From a virus, in IMG/VR virus record IMGVR_UViG_3300044514_000040: DNA of 64,000 nt. One strand, given 5' to 3'. Numbering within the stretch: position 1 is the first letter of the stretch; the number at the start of each line of letters is the position of its first letter. Under the pieces are notes generated by a model. The model ran no database searches and was not told the origin of the DNA. It saw only the letters and a list, made by a program, of their open reading frames with translations. The position numbers were made by a program, and so were the translations under genes. Below are positions 49,276 through 59,134 of this stretch, piece by piece.

Positions 49276-51090
49276 ATGACAGACGTTGCTCGCGCAAGTC
49301 GCGCCGTAGATCAAGGCATGGAAGAGGAATGGGATGCCTTGAACCTATTCCGCGCGCTGCCGCATACCGTTCCTTTGTTCCAGTCCACAGCGTCGGAACT
49401 TGGCATTACCGGTTCCCAGCAGTCAGGGAAAAGCTTGGCGGCCTTCGCTAAGCTGGCGGCGATGATTCTCGATCGACCGATTATCTGCCGCGACGGAACG
49501 AAGCTATGGCAGCGACGCCCGTGGCAAAAGGACAGGCCGCTGCGCGTGTGGCTGATCGGCTTGCACTACGACCACATCGGCCAAACCATTTACCGCATGC
49601 TCTTCAAAAATGGCGCGTTCTTCACGATTCACGACTTGCAGACACGTGAGCTGCGCGAATTCCGGCCTTGGGAAAAAGGCGACATGGATCGTGAGTTGCA
49701 AAAGAAGCAGTCGCCTCCGCTCATTCCGAGACGGTACATTAAGCCTAAGTCGTGGGGTTGGTACAAGACGGCCGACAAATCGTTCACGACCGTCACGATC
49801 TGGAATCCTGTCACAGAAAACATACTGGCGGAAATCTACGCCTTTCCGGCAACCACTGAAAAGACAGGCGATCCGGTTGACGTGATTCTGGTGGACGAGA
49901 GGTTCCCGCCGGAACGCTACCCGGAATGGCTCATGAGACTGTCGATCCTCAAGGGTCAAATCATCATCGTTGGCTGGGCTGATGAAGAAGCCGACACGAT
50001 GGCCGAATTACAAGACCGCGCTGACAGGCAAAAACATCTAGGAGATAAAGCGGATGTGCAAGTGTTTCGTATGCGGTCAGCAGACAATCCGCACTTCTCG
50101 GCAGATGAACTACGCAAGCGCATGGAAGCCTTGAGTCCCGAAGAACGTCTGCGTCGCATCGAAGGGCAGCCAGGCACAAGCAACCGGATGTATCCGGCCT
50201 TCAGTACACAGATTCACTGTGCTTATAGAACGTCGCCAGACAAAGACGTGGACGGCGAGTTCGCTAAGGCAGACCGTGATCGTGACGAGCGCGAGAACGC
50301 AATGCGGGCGCGTGTCGGGAAGCTGCCGATCAAGTCGGTCGAGGTTATTCTACGTGAAACGAAAGGCGAACCGCCTGAAGAATGGACGCACGAACTCATC
50401 CTCGACCCCGGCACGCGAAATCCGTTCATTATGCTTGGCGCGATTCCACCAACGGAACTCTGGGCTGCGCCGGACTGGCCGTACTTCATCATCTATCAGG
50501 AAATCGCCATCCCGCGGTACGACGCGCGTGAACTGGCGAGAATGGTGCGCAGCATGACGGCCGGCAAGACGTTCGAGCGGTTTATCGGTGACGCGCATGC
50601 CTTGCGCACGACACCGATGGGCGCAGGGCGTACCGTGGAGGATGGTTATGCGGAGGCGTTCGCCGCGGAGCATCTTCGCTCACGGCAGACAGGTTCGCGG
50701 TTCCATCCCGGAAATGACAAGATCGAACGCCGCATCATGGATCTGCTGGACTGGATGACAATTGGACCGAAAGGCTGGCCGAAATTGCGGATTGTCGTGG
50801 ATCGCTGCCCGGTACTCTGCGAGCAACTCGCCAAGGCCAGAAAGAAAAAGCTGCCGGAAGGTTACATCCTGGCGCACGCAAGCCAGTGGGGACATGACGG
50901 CGTGGATACGGCGGAATATTGGTCTTCCTCTGATCCAACCTTCATCGACCACCCGCCACCGCCAAAGGTCGAAAAGCAAGATCCGATCTTGCTGGCCTTT
51001 GAGGCCAGACAAAAACTGTGGAACGACAAACACAAGCAACCAGACACGGGCATCGAATGCGGCGTGAGCTGGAGAAAACACGCCGTTTAA
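49276..51090 (+). CDS. Terminase large subunit
   Basis: Walker A GSQQSGKS, Walker B VILVDE, DNPH, nuclease ILDPG and HDGVD; directly upstream of the portal. Confidence 0.85.
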   Translation: MTDVARASRAVDQGMEEEWDALNLFRALPHTVPLFQSTASELGITGSQQSGKSLAAFAKLAAMILDRPIICRDGTKLWQRRPWQKDRPLRVWLIGLHYDHIGQTIYRMLFKNGAFFTIHDLQTRELREFRPWEKGDMDRELQKKQSPPLIPRRYIKPKSWGWYKTADKSFTTVTIWNPVTENILAEIYAFPATTEKTGDPVDVILVDERFPPERYPEWLMRLSILKGQIIIVGWADEEADTMAELQDRADRQKHLGDKADVQVFRMRSADNPHFSADELRKRMEALSPEERLRRIEGQPGTSNRMYPAFSTQIHCAYRTSPDKDVDGEFAKADRDRDERENAMRARVGKLPIKSVEVILRETKGEPPEEWTHELILDPGTRNPFIMLGAIPPTELWAAPDWPYFIIYQEIAIPRYDARELARMVRSMTAGKTFERFIGDAHALRTTPMGAGRTVEDGYAEAFAAEHLRSRQTGSRFHPGNDKIERRIMDLLDWMTIGPKGWPKLRIVVDRCPVLCEQLAKARKKKLPEGYILAHASQWGHDGVDTAEYWSSSDPTFIDHPPPPKVEKQDPILLAFEARQKLWNDKHKQPDTGIECGVSWRKHAV

Positions 51091-51107
51091 CACAAAGGAG
51101 ACTTACC

Positions 51108-51575
51108 TTGGAACGCCTCGAAGAAATCCCCATGCCTGGAACTTATGTGAAGTGGTATCACACCGGCGTGATGAGTGAACGCTGGTATCCGGCGCTGGTG
51201 CTGACGGCCGCGGAAGACGGCACCCTGGGACTCAAGGTCCAGCGGCTTGGCTCGAACGACAGCAACCATCCCTACGTCAAGCACGTCAGCGATCCTGTCA
51301 TGCGAGAAGCGTCAGGGGCGCCAACGCCATCCGCTAGACAGTACGGCGGCTGGTCGTACCATCCGTTCTATCGCCTGCCGCAGCCTGGCGACAGTGCGGC
51401 GGCGGATGACGACACAGACACGGAAGAAGACGAGCCGCGGCACTTGAGCGATGAAAACCGCGTGTACATCCAGGAGTTGTCGAGCCAGGGTCTCACGCCG
51501 GAGAAAATCCTCGTGAAAATCCGTAGTCGCGGCGTGAACCGGGCGCAGGTCGAGGAAGTTTTGGCAGAGCAATAA
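51108..51575 (+). CDS. Hypothetical protein
   Basis: AGGAG RBS with TTG start. Confidence 0.7.
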   Translation: MERLEEIPMPGTYVKWYHTGVMSERWYPALVLTAAEDGTLGLKVQRLGSNDSNHPYVKHVSDPVMREASGAPTPSARQYGGWSYHPFYRLPQPGDSAAADDDTDTEEDEPRHLSDENRVYIQELSSQGLTPEKILVKIRSRGVNRAQVEEVLAEQ

Positions 51576-51582
51576 ACCGCAA

Positions 51583-53976
51583 ATGCTCGCAACCGCCACG
51601 CAACCATTGAAGCGTTACCACATCCCGGAAGGGAAGTGGCACGTCACGCGCTCCATCGTGGACGGTTGGCTCAACAGCGTGGAGAAGGCTGAGCAAGCCA
51701 AGCGCAGTTCGCTGGAAATCGCCCAAATGTGCGAGCTGTTCTACTCCGGCGACGTTGGGCAAATGTGGGAGAAGCCGTGGGTCGATAAGTTCCTGAGCGG
51801 GGCATTCACGCCGCGCTGGAAGTTCACCTTCGGCAAGGTATTTGAACTGGTCGCGCAAGTCGCGCCAAGGCTCTACTGGCGTAACCCGGCGCGAATTGTC
51901 CAGAGCTACCCGCGCTTGGAAATCTTGCCCGCACTGTTCGGTCAACTGGACGATCCGAATGCCCAGCAAGCCTTTGAACAAGCCAAGGCGGAGCAAGACT
52001 ACACCGAGCAGCTTAAAACAACCAGGAACAACCTGCTCCAGCATTACCTGAACTATTCACAGCGCGAACAACCGCAAGGACTGGCCGCACATTCACGCAA
52101 GGCGATTGTGGAATCGCTGGTCAAGGGACGCGGTATCCTGCGCGTCTCTCCGTATCGACCAGTCGGCGCGAACAGGGTTCTTACCAAGGCCACGCACGTC
52201 AAGTACGAAAACCTCTTGATCGACCCTGACTGCGAAGATCCGCTTTTGGAACAATGTTACTGGATTGCCATCGTGCATGACGATCCGCAGTGGGAAGTGG
52301 AGGATCGCTGGAAGGTGCCGCGCGGGAGCCTGAAGCCGGCGGCGTCTCACGAAAGCGCCGCGTCCATCGCCACGCGGAACACATGGGAAGACAAGGCCGA
52401 CCGATCCAGGGGTCAGACGAATGACATTGTGCGCTGGTACGAGTTCTGGAGCAAAATGGGTGTTGGGACGCGCTTGAAAAGCGTCTCGTCGCCACTGTCA
52501 AACCGGTTTGAGGAAGTGCTTGGCGACTATGCCTATATCGCCGTGGCGCACAACATACCATTCGCGCTCAACGCGCCGGTCATCAATGCGTCTACGAGCG
52601 AGGCCGATATCCACCGCTGGTTTGATTGGCCTGAGCCGTACCACGAAGACGGACGCTGGCCAATAGCTACTCTTGAGTATTATTACAAGCTCAATAGCCC
52701 GTGGCCGCTGCCGCCAATCGCGATGGGGCTGGGCTACCTGATCTTCCTTCAGGTCATCGCGACCATGCTCGCCGACCGGGCGGAGTTTGATTCCCGAACT
52801 ATTGTCGCGACCTATAAGCGATGTGCCGAGTCTGTCAGCAAGGCGCTGTTTTCCAACAAGCGCATGGCGGTCGTGGAGCTGGAGGAGGTCTTCAACAAGC
52901 AGATCAACGAGACCGTCCAGTTCATGCAAAAGGAAACGTTGAACTTTGACGTGTGGCGGATCATCGAATACTTCGGCGAAATGTTCGAGAAGGCGACCGG
53001 CTTGACGCCGTATCTTTACGGCGGGCAGGGCGGCCAGTCGCAGGCCCGCATCGCGGGCGAAGTCAAAGTTCGCAAGGAGGCGTCGGACGTGCGCCCGGAG
53101 TTCATGGCGGAGCAAGTCGAAGATTGGCAGAGCGAGATCGCGAACCTGGAGCGCATCGCACTTCACGGGAATGTGTTGGCGGAAGACGTGCGCGACATCC
53201 TCGATCCGTTTTGGCTGCCGCACTGGAAGGCATTGATCGACGACACGCCGCGCGAAACATACCTGCGCGAAACGAGCGCGACCGTCGAGGCCAACAGCGT
53301 CCGCAAGCCGAACAGCGAGCGCACCAACGCGAACCTTCAAGCGCTCGCCCAATACCTGCTGCCAGCCTTCCAGCGATACGCGGAACTCACCGGTGACCAG
53401 AAGCCGCTGTGGGGTTTCCTCAAGAGCATCGCGAAGGCCATGCAAGAGCCGGCGGATGAATGGGAGATGGGTCCGTGGAAGCCGCAGCAGCCTGAAATGA
53501 CACCCGAACAGCAGGCCATGCAAGAGCAAGCGATGCAGGCCGCCCAGCAACAGCAGCAGGTCGATGCACAGACCCAACAGTACGAACTCCAGAAGCTGCA
53601 ACTTGCCATCGACAAGGCGATGATCGACTTACAAGCCGCGCAGCAAAAGGTCGATGGCGGACAAGTCGAACTGGCCGGGGAGTCCGCGAAGCGACAGCTT
53701 GAGTTGGACGCGGCACAGGCCAAGGGATCGCAGGAACTCCAGTTGGATCAAGCGAAAGGTCTACAAGACATCCGGTACGGCGGGCTGACACGCGAGCAAG
53801 AGATTACACACAAGGCGGCGTTGGGCGCGATTGAGATTGCCAAGCAGCGGCAATCTGCCGGCCTGACAACCGCCACGGCGGCAACACTTGCCCAACTGAA
53901 AATCCGCGAGAGTGCGGCGCTGTCTGCACAACGGCTGAAAGCAAAGCCGAAACAACCCTCGAAAAACGGAGACTAA
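51583..53976 (+). CDS. Portal protein
   Basis: 797 aa after terminase; SLVKGRGIL; Gln-rich coiled-coil C-terminus as in P22-like portals. Confidence 0.8.
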   Translation: MLATATQPLKRYHIPEGKWHVTRSIVDGWLNSVEKAEQAKRSSLEIAQMCELFYSGDVGQMWEKPWVDKFLSGAFTPRWKFTFGKVFELVAQVAPRLYWRNPARIVQSYPRLEILPALFGQLDDPNAQQAFEQAKAEQDYTEQLKTTRNNLLQHYLNYSQREQPQGLAAHSRKAIVESLVKGRGILRVSPYRPVGANRVLTKATHVKYENLLIDPDCEDPLLEQCYWIAIVHDDPQWEVEDRWKVPRGSLKPAASHESAASIATRNTWEDKADRSRGQTNDIVRWYEFWSKMGVGTRLKSVSSPLSNRFEEVLGDYAYIAVAHNIPFALNAPVINASTSEADIHRWFDWPEPYHEDGRWPIATLEYYYKLNSPWPLPPIAMGLGYLIFLQVIATMLADRAEFDSRTIVATYKRCAESVSKALFSNKRMAVVELEEVFNKQINETVQFMQKETLNFDVWRIIEYFGEMFEKATGLTPYLYGGQGGQSQARIAGEVKVRKEASDVRPEFMAEQVEDWQSEIANLERIALHGNVLAEDVRDILDPFWLPHWKALIDDTPRETYLRETSATVEANSVRKPNSERTNANLQALAQYLLPAFQRYAELTGDQKPLWGFLKSIAKAMQEPADEWEMGPWKPQQPEMTPEQQAMQEQAMQAAQQQQQVDAQTQQYELQKLQLAIDKAMIDLQAAQQKVDGGQVELAGESAKRQLELDAAQAKGSQELQLDQAKGLQDIRYGGLTREQEITHKAALGAIEIAKQRQSAGLTTATAATLAQLKIRESAALSAQRLKAKPKQPSKNGD

Positions 53977-54267
53977 CCAACAACAAAAGTAGCCCAGCGA
54001 ACGGCTAGGTTCCTGGGCTGTGGCGGGCGGTGTACGTCATGCGGTTCACGAAATGACTTGCAGTACGATCACTTATTGCCGATTGCTGCGTATCCACAGT
54101 TTGCAACGATCGTTGCGCTTGGACGCTTGTTGTGCCTAGATTGTCATAAAATGACACCAACGTACTCTCAAAAATGGCGTCGTTCTGGGTTGCATCTGGC
54201 GGCTGCCAGGCGCGCGCACCTTCTTTATGAATCCGGCAAATTAGTTTTGCCGTGTATGAGGCCGTAA
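53977..54267 (+). pseudogene. HNH endonuclease-like frame lacking a clear start
   Basis: CTSCG...LQYDHLLP...GRLLCLDCHK. Confidence 0.55.
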
Positions 54268-54442
54268 CTATGCCAGTCGGAACAAAAGTAGAAAAATTGT
54301 ACGAGAAGTTTCGGAGCCAAGGAAAATCCAAGGGATCGGCCGTGCGACTGAGCCAGTACATTACAGGATTGAGCCTAAAAACAGGCCGTCCTGCTAAAGG
54401 CGACGGCATCCGAAAGGCTCTCGCGAAACGAAAGAAAAAGTC

Positions 54443-55033
54443 ATGACGCGAAAGTACATCCGCACCGACAAACATAACGGCAAGCCGTACCGGCTGTACG
54501 AGCGCGCCGACGGCCATCAGTTCTACGAGCCGCCGATGCCAGAAGCTAGGCACGGCGGCCTGGACGAAATCCTTGCCACGCGACGGTTCCCCGCCACGCA
54601 CACTGACCGTGAACTCGCGTTGAACCTCGGCGGCCTGGAAGAGCAGTTCGCCGGTTGCGACCCGGCCAAGCGTCAACGTGCTATTGAAGTTGCGAAGTCG
54701 CTCGGCTACAACGACAACTGCTCGTACGAGCCGTTTATGGCACGGGACGGATTTGACTTTGACCCGGAAGCCTTTGTGCCGCACGTTGGCGCACGAGGAC
54801 ACGTGCGACGGGTTTGTGAACGCCGTGGCACCAATGCTTCCGGGCCGGGCATCGAAGTCAAGGCGTACCGGCAACCGGAGACCGACCCGTTTGAAGATGA
54901 CGGCAGCTTGCCTGAAGCTTTGATCGAAGAAGAAATTGCCGCGCGTGTGCTGGAGAATCCAGAGTTGCGACACGAAAAGACGTACCAAGAGGTTCGAGAG
55001 CAAGTACTCGACGACCACGCACCGAAGGTGTAA
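54443..55033 (+). CDS. Hypothetical protein (head module)
   Basis: ATGA overlap, 196 aa. Confidence 0.75.
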   Translation: MTRKYIRTDKHNGKPYRLYERADGHQFYEPPMPEARHGGLDEILATRRFPATHTDRELALNLGGLEEQFAGCDPAKRQRAIEVAKSLGYNDNCSYEPFMARDGFDFDPEAFVPHVGARGHVRRVCERRGTNASGPGIEVKAYRQPETDPFEDDGSLPEALIEEEIAARVLENPELRHEKTYQEVREQVLDDHAPKV

Positions 55034-55101
55034 CAATGAACCGGCGACGACAAGCCGCTGGCAAAATTTGACGCGATGATCTCCACGCTCAAGGTGTAAA
55101 C

Positions 55102-55323
55102 ATGCCTGACATAGCAATGCCGCAGACACCGGCGAAGAAAAAGAAGTACGAAGACTACGAAATCAGCGACGCCGCCAGCGCGATCGCGAGATACTACGAA
55201 ATCAAGGAGAAGGCCAAGAAGGAACCGGCCTATCGCAAGCTCCTTGAAGCAGAATTGGACAAGCGCGCCAAGGCCGCCAATGCCGCTCAGGACACAATGG
55301 AATCAATGACGTCTGAAACCTAA
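55102..55323 (+). CDS. Hypothetical protein
   Basis: AAGG RBS. Confidence 0.7.
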   Translation: MPDIAMPQTPAKKKKYEDYEISDAASAIARYYEIKEKAKKEPAYRKLLEAELDKRAKAANAAQDTMESMTSET

Positions 55324-55341
55324 CACAAGGGGCAAATCCTC

Positions 55342-55974
55342 ATGAACACAACGACTCTCGACGCTCTCCGCCAAGCTGTTGGCCTGCCGGCCTACAAGGA
55401 ACTCAAGCCGATCATTGAAGCCGCCGAAGCCGCTTCGGAGGAAATCCTATCTGGTGTTGGCGCCGCGGCCGGCACTGGCGTTACTGCGGCCGAGACTGGC
55501 AGCGGCAATGTCCACAAGACCGTGCTCACTCTGGTTAACACGCCAATCACCGTCGGGAACACGACCGGCGCGAGTTTCGGCGGCCTGAAGGTCTACGACT
55601 TTCCGGCCGGCCGCATTCTCGTTCACGGCGTCGTCGGCAACTTCACGAAATTCGATTGGTCTGGCACCGATATCGCCGCGGCCGGCTCTGGTGACGTGTC
55701 GATTGGCACGACGATCACGGCGGACGCGACGTTGGCGACGACCGACGTTGACTTGCTCCCGTCTACGGCCATGACCGATCCATTCGTCGCTGGCGTTGGG
55801 TCTGCCAAGGGCGCATTGGCGGCCAGCGCGCAGTTCGACGGCACGACTACGGCCATCGACGCGAACGTGAACATCATTTGCGATGACGCGGATGTGGCGG
55901 ACGGTGCAAGCGATATTATCCTTGTTTCCGGCACCATCACGATTACGTGGACAAACCTCGGCGATCTGCCCTAA
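55342..55974 (+). CDS. Putative virion structural (decoration-like) protein
   Basis: G/A/T-rich beta-type composition; position in the structural module. Confidence 0.6.
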   Translation: MNTTTLDALRQAVGLPAYKELKPIIEAAEAASEEILSGVGAAAGTGVTAAETGSGNVHKTVLTLVNTPITVGNTTGASFGGLKVYDFPAGRILVHGVVGNFTKFDWSGTDIAAAGSGDVSIGTTITADATLATTDVDLLPSTAMTDPFVAGVGSAKGALAASAQFDGTTTAIDANVNIICDDADVADGASDIILVSGTITITWTNLGDLP

Positions 55975-56537
55975 ATGTGACTCCATGACTTGCGGTTAAC
56001 AATCATGCTGATTAGCGATGCCGTTACGCCATACGTGTCGGCGATCTCTTGCTGTGTAATACAACCGGCAGCATATCGTTCGCGAATGTCATGCACTTGA
56101 ATCTCTGTTAATTTAGCGTTCCAAGATTTCTCTCCTCGCTGCGATCCATGATGACCGAGGACGTTGAAGCGGTGCTGACAATTTTCTGATTTTGTGACGT
56201 ATTCCAAGTTGACAAGTCTGTTATCGGATTTGTCGCCGTTTCTATGGTTTACCTCTTTGCCGACAGGAGGCTCTCCAACGAATGCCCGCATGACGACTTG
56301 ATGGATTAGAACGCGATTCCGACGGTTGTTATGTGCAAGCATGACACCGTAGTATCCGTTGCGTTGTGCGCGCGAGATGTAGATTGGCGTAATTAGTCGG
56401 CCGCGAAAGGCCACATGTTTAGTGCCACCCCACCTGCTTTTAGATTCTAAGATGCGATCAACAGAACGAATTGTGCCCAGGTCGGAGACTTCGTAAATCC
56501 CCTCCCAGCCGACAACCGGTTTCCATGTTTCGTCCAT
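55971..56537 (-). CDS. NUMOD4-HNH homing endonuclease
   Basis: ETWKPVVGWEGIYEVSDLG, IHQVV..AF, VNHRNGDKSDNRLVNLE, NAKLT. Confidence 0.92.
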   Translation of the reverse strand: MDETWKPVVGWEGIYEVSDLGTIRSVDRILESKSRWGGTKHVAFRGRLITPIYISRAQRNGYYGVMLAHNNRRNRVLIHQVVMRAFVGEPPVGKEVNHRNGDKSDNRLVNLEYVTKSENCQHRFNVLGHHGSQRGEKSWNAKLTEIQVHDIRERYAAGCITQQEIADTYGVTASLISMIVNRKSWSHI

Positions 56538-56618
56538 TGTTGTACTCCGTTGATGTTGACAAGCACGTCACTGGCGTACCACAATATACACGAACAGCGG
56601 AAGTACGCCAATGCCGCA

Positions 56619-56789
56619 ATGACGCCAAGCCAAATAAAATCTCTGCGACAATCCTTGAAGGAATCGACTGCCGCCTTTGGCAAGAGGTTCAGCCGATCGG
56701 GACGAACAGTTGAGCAATGGGAACAGGGACGACGCAGGCCAGATAAATTTGTGGCTAAAGCAATGAACGAGCTAAGGCACAACACATGA
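56619..56789 (+). CDS. Small HTH protein
   Basis: MTPSQIKSLRQSL...RTVEQWEQGRRRP. Confidence 0.75.
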   Translation: MTPSQIKSLRQSLKESTAAFGKRFSRSGRTVEQWEQGRRRPDKFVAKAMNELRHNT

Positions 56790-57463
56790 CCAAGGACGCC
56801 TTCCAGCCATACGGCTCTGTCGCCGTCTCCCGCGCCATCGACGCGCTGATTGCCAACGGTCAGACGGCAAGTGGCGCAGTGCGGACAAGTCAGTTCCGCG
56901 TCGGCAGCTTCCAAGTCCCGCCGACCTTCACGGGCGCGACGGTGACAATTGAGTGCGCCAACGAGCTACGTCAGCAGGACGCGATTACTGTTGGTGGAGT
57001 GTGGGTCGCCGGCGAGAAGGTGACGCTCACCATTGGCGACAACAACCTTGTCCTGACCGTCGGCACGACGACCACGACGGCCGCCGTGGCAGGCAACATC
57101 GTCAAGGCGGTTAACAACACGGCCCTGGACGCGGGTTACTCCGCGACGCGCACAAGCGGCTGGGACGCGATTGGTTTAACGGCCACCATTTCCGGCAGCG
57201 TCGCCACGATTACTGGTCCTGACGGCGTGGCGTATACGCTGACGCCAACCACGGACTCCGTCGCCGGCACGCTGGTCAAGGCCACGGACACGAGCAAATG
57301 GACTGCGCCGGAAGTGGAGGGGAACGAAGACAACCCAGTCACCGTGACAGGTGGCGGAACCTATCGAATCCCGGCCGCCGCGTTTTACTCGAAGTACGTG
57401 CGGCTTAGAAGTGCGTCCGCGGAAGGTGCGGAACGACGATTGGCTGTTTTTCTGAAGATGTAG
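56786..57463 (+). CDS. Putative virion structural protein
   Basis: Thr/Gly-rich beta composition. Confidence 0.65.
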   Translation: MTKDAFQPYGSVAVSRAIDALIANGQTASGAVRTSQFRVGSFQVPPTFTGATVTIECANELRQQDAITVGGVWVAGEKVTLTIGDNNLVLTVGTTTTTAAVAGNIVKAVNNTALDAGYSATRTSGWDAIGLTATISGSVATITGPDGVAYTLTPTTDSVAGTLVKATDTSKWTAPEVEGNEDNPVTVTGGGTYRIPAAAFYSKYVRLRSASAEGAERRLAVFLKM

Positions 57464-57488
57464 CTATCCGGGGCAAGGAAAGGTCCTC

Positions 57489-58451
57489 ATGTTGAAAATC
57501 GAACCACACCGGGACGCAGACGCCGGACTTACGCCAGTGGCCATGTTCGTAGCACAAGAAATCTTGGCATTGGTGCATGAAGCAGATGGCACAACCACGC
57601 TTCATCTGCAAAGCGGCAGAACGCTTTCTGCTAAAGGCCATATTCTGCCGAGTGACTTAAAATATGCTCAGGATTACGCCCTGCCAGTCAACGATGTAGT
57701 CGAGGCGAGATTGGCAGTACAAAACGACCCGGCAAAGTTTGAGCGACTTGTCAGCGAGAAATCTCGCGGGATGCGACCAGTGACGTCGGCTACTCGACAG
57801 GTATGTCCGCGGTACTTCATTACTCCGCATCAGTCGTGCGCGTATCGCGACGACCAGACGACCGACGACAACCTCGCACGTGTATTGCGAGAACGCAACG
57901 GCGTGCCACCTGCCAACTGGACTCACGAACTCATTTTGATTCCAAATTCGCGCACGGTCGCTGTGTTGCTATGTGCCATTCCTTCACCAGATTTTGGAGA
58001 CTTCTACGTTCCCTACAAAGAATTCCGGTTCGCCGCGCAATGCTCGCCATCCGAAATTGCCAAAGCGGTGCGAGAGCAGTCGGGTGGCGTCTTGTTCGAG
58101 AGATTCATAGGCGACGCACACGCTTTGCGCATGGCGCCGATGTCAATGGGCGTCTCACTTGGCGAGACGTACAGCAACGCATTTTCCCATGCGGCGCTCG
58201 TGACTCGGCAATTCGGCTGTAACTTCGTGCCTGGAAGCGACAACATTGAAAGGCGAAGGCTGGACCTTCAGTCTTGGTCCAGAGCGGCTGTTGGCAAGTG
58301 GACGCAACTTCGTGTCGTGTTTGATACGTGTCCGATGCTGTGGGGAGCGCTAATAGCCAAAGAAGACAAGCTCACTCTGCAAGACAGGGATTTGTTGATG
58401 GCCCTGGAACTGTGGGCGTCAAGTAGTCCGGTCTACGTCGAACAATCCTGA
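57489..58451 (+). CDS. Paralog of the terminase C-terminal nuclease domain, catalytic Asp residues substituted
   Basis: WTHELIL, FERFIGDAHALR, PG.D.IERR shared with 49276-51090. Confidence 0.85.
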   Translation: MLKIEPHRDADAGLTPVAMFVAQEILALVHEADGTTTLHLQSGRTLSAKGHILPSDLKYAQDYALPVNDVVEARLAVQNDPAKFERLVSEKSRGMRPVTSATRQVCPRYFITPHQSCAYRDDQTTDDNLARVLRERNGVPPANWTHELILIPNSRTVAVLLCAIPSPDFGDFYVPYKEFRFAAQCSPSEIAKAVREQSGGVLFERFIGDAHALRMAPMSMGVSLGETYSNAFSHAALVTRQFGCNFVPGSDNIERRRLDLQSWSRAAVGKWTQLRVVFDTCPMLWGALIAKEDKLTLQDRDLLMALELWASSSPVYVEQS

Positions 58452-58478
58452 AAGCAGCGAGAACCGCTGCTGTAAAAC

Positions 58479-58832
58479 ATGTGGATGAGAACGAACTATC
58501 GAGTACCGACTCAGGCGATATGCCTCACCATTGATCGGTCGCACTCCATCTTTTGTCCAGAATGGCAGAAAGGATTGGAGCTACTGAGTGAGCAGCCTAC
58601 CGATCTTGCCGAATTCGTTAAGCAATTCGTCATGACTGCTCGACCTGAACTCGCTGGCTGTTGCGTTCTCGGTTTTAACTTCGACCTTCAGAAATCCCAG
58701 TGGCTGATCGTCGTCAGTCATGGATCATTGCCTGCTGTCGATGTATTTGCCGAGCTGCCGACAGAACCACTGTTTAATGGCAATTCCTCCGCTGTTACGC
58801 AAACGTGGCGCGATAGGGAACCACTGGCGTGA
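58479..58832 (+). CDS. Hypothetical protein
   Basis: 117-aa ORF in the operon. Confidence 0.6.
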   Translation: MWMRTNYRVPTQAICLTIDRSHSIFCPEWQKGLELLSEQPTDLAEFVKQFVMTARPELAGCCVLGFNFDLQKSQWLIVVSHGSLPAVDVFAELPTEPLFNGNSSAVTQTWRDREPLA

Positions 58833-59134
58833 TCCTTCCAGGCGACACCACAAGCATCACTGGTCCATCGCGCAACGCAATCTACGTGCGACAGGAAGAC
58901 GTGTCACTTGTGTGTGCCGCTGGTGACGTGGTGAACGTCATGGTCGGAAATCAGGTATTCAGCACGGCGTTCAAAGATAGCCAAGAGGCCATTCAAGCCG
59001 CCAAGCGGTTCGCGTCTGCGTGTGGCTTTGGAAAGAGAATGCGGCTGATCGACCTGAATGAAGAGTGTGGGGAGAGTGAGACGTTCGTGTTTATCGGCGC
59101 GGAGATTGAGTGTGCATGGCCATCGCAACGCTGA
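58829..59134 (+). CDS. Hypothetical protein
   Basis: GTGA overlap. Confidence 0.6.
   Translation: MILPGDTTSITGPSRNAIYVRQEDVSLVCAAGDVVNVMVGNQVFSTAFKDSQEAIQAAKRFASACGFGKRMRLIDLNEECGESETFVFIGAEIECAWPSQR

Noticed and set aside
39325..54267. Stop-codon reassignment explaining the interrupted genes
   Set aside because: Conserved genes are intact under the standard code and end in all three stop codons; the interruptions are isolated.
52498..55129. Long minus-strand ORFs (367 and 374 aa)
   Set aside because: Shadows of the portal and downstream plus-strand genes in GC-rich DNA.
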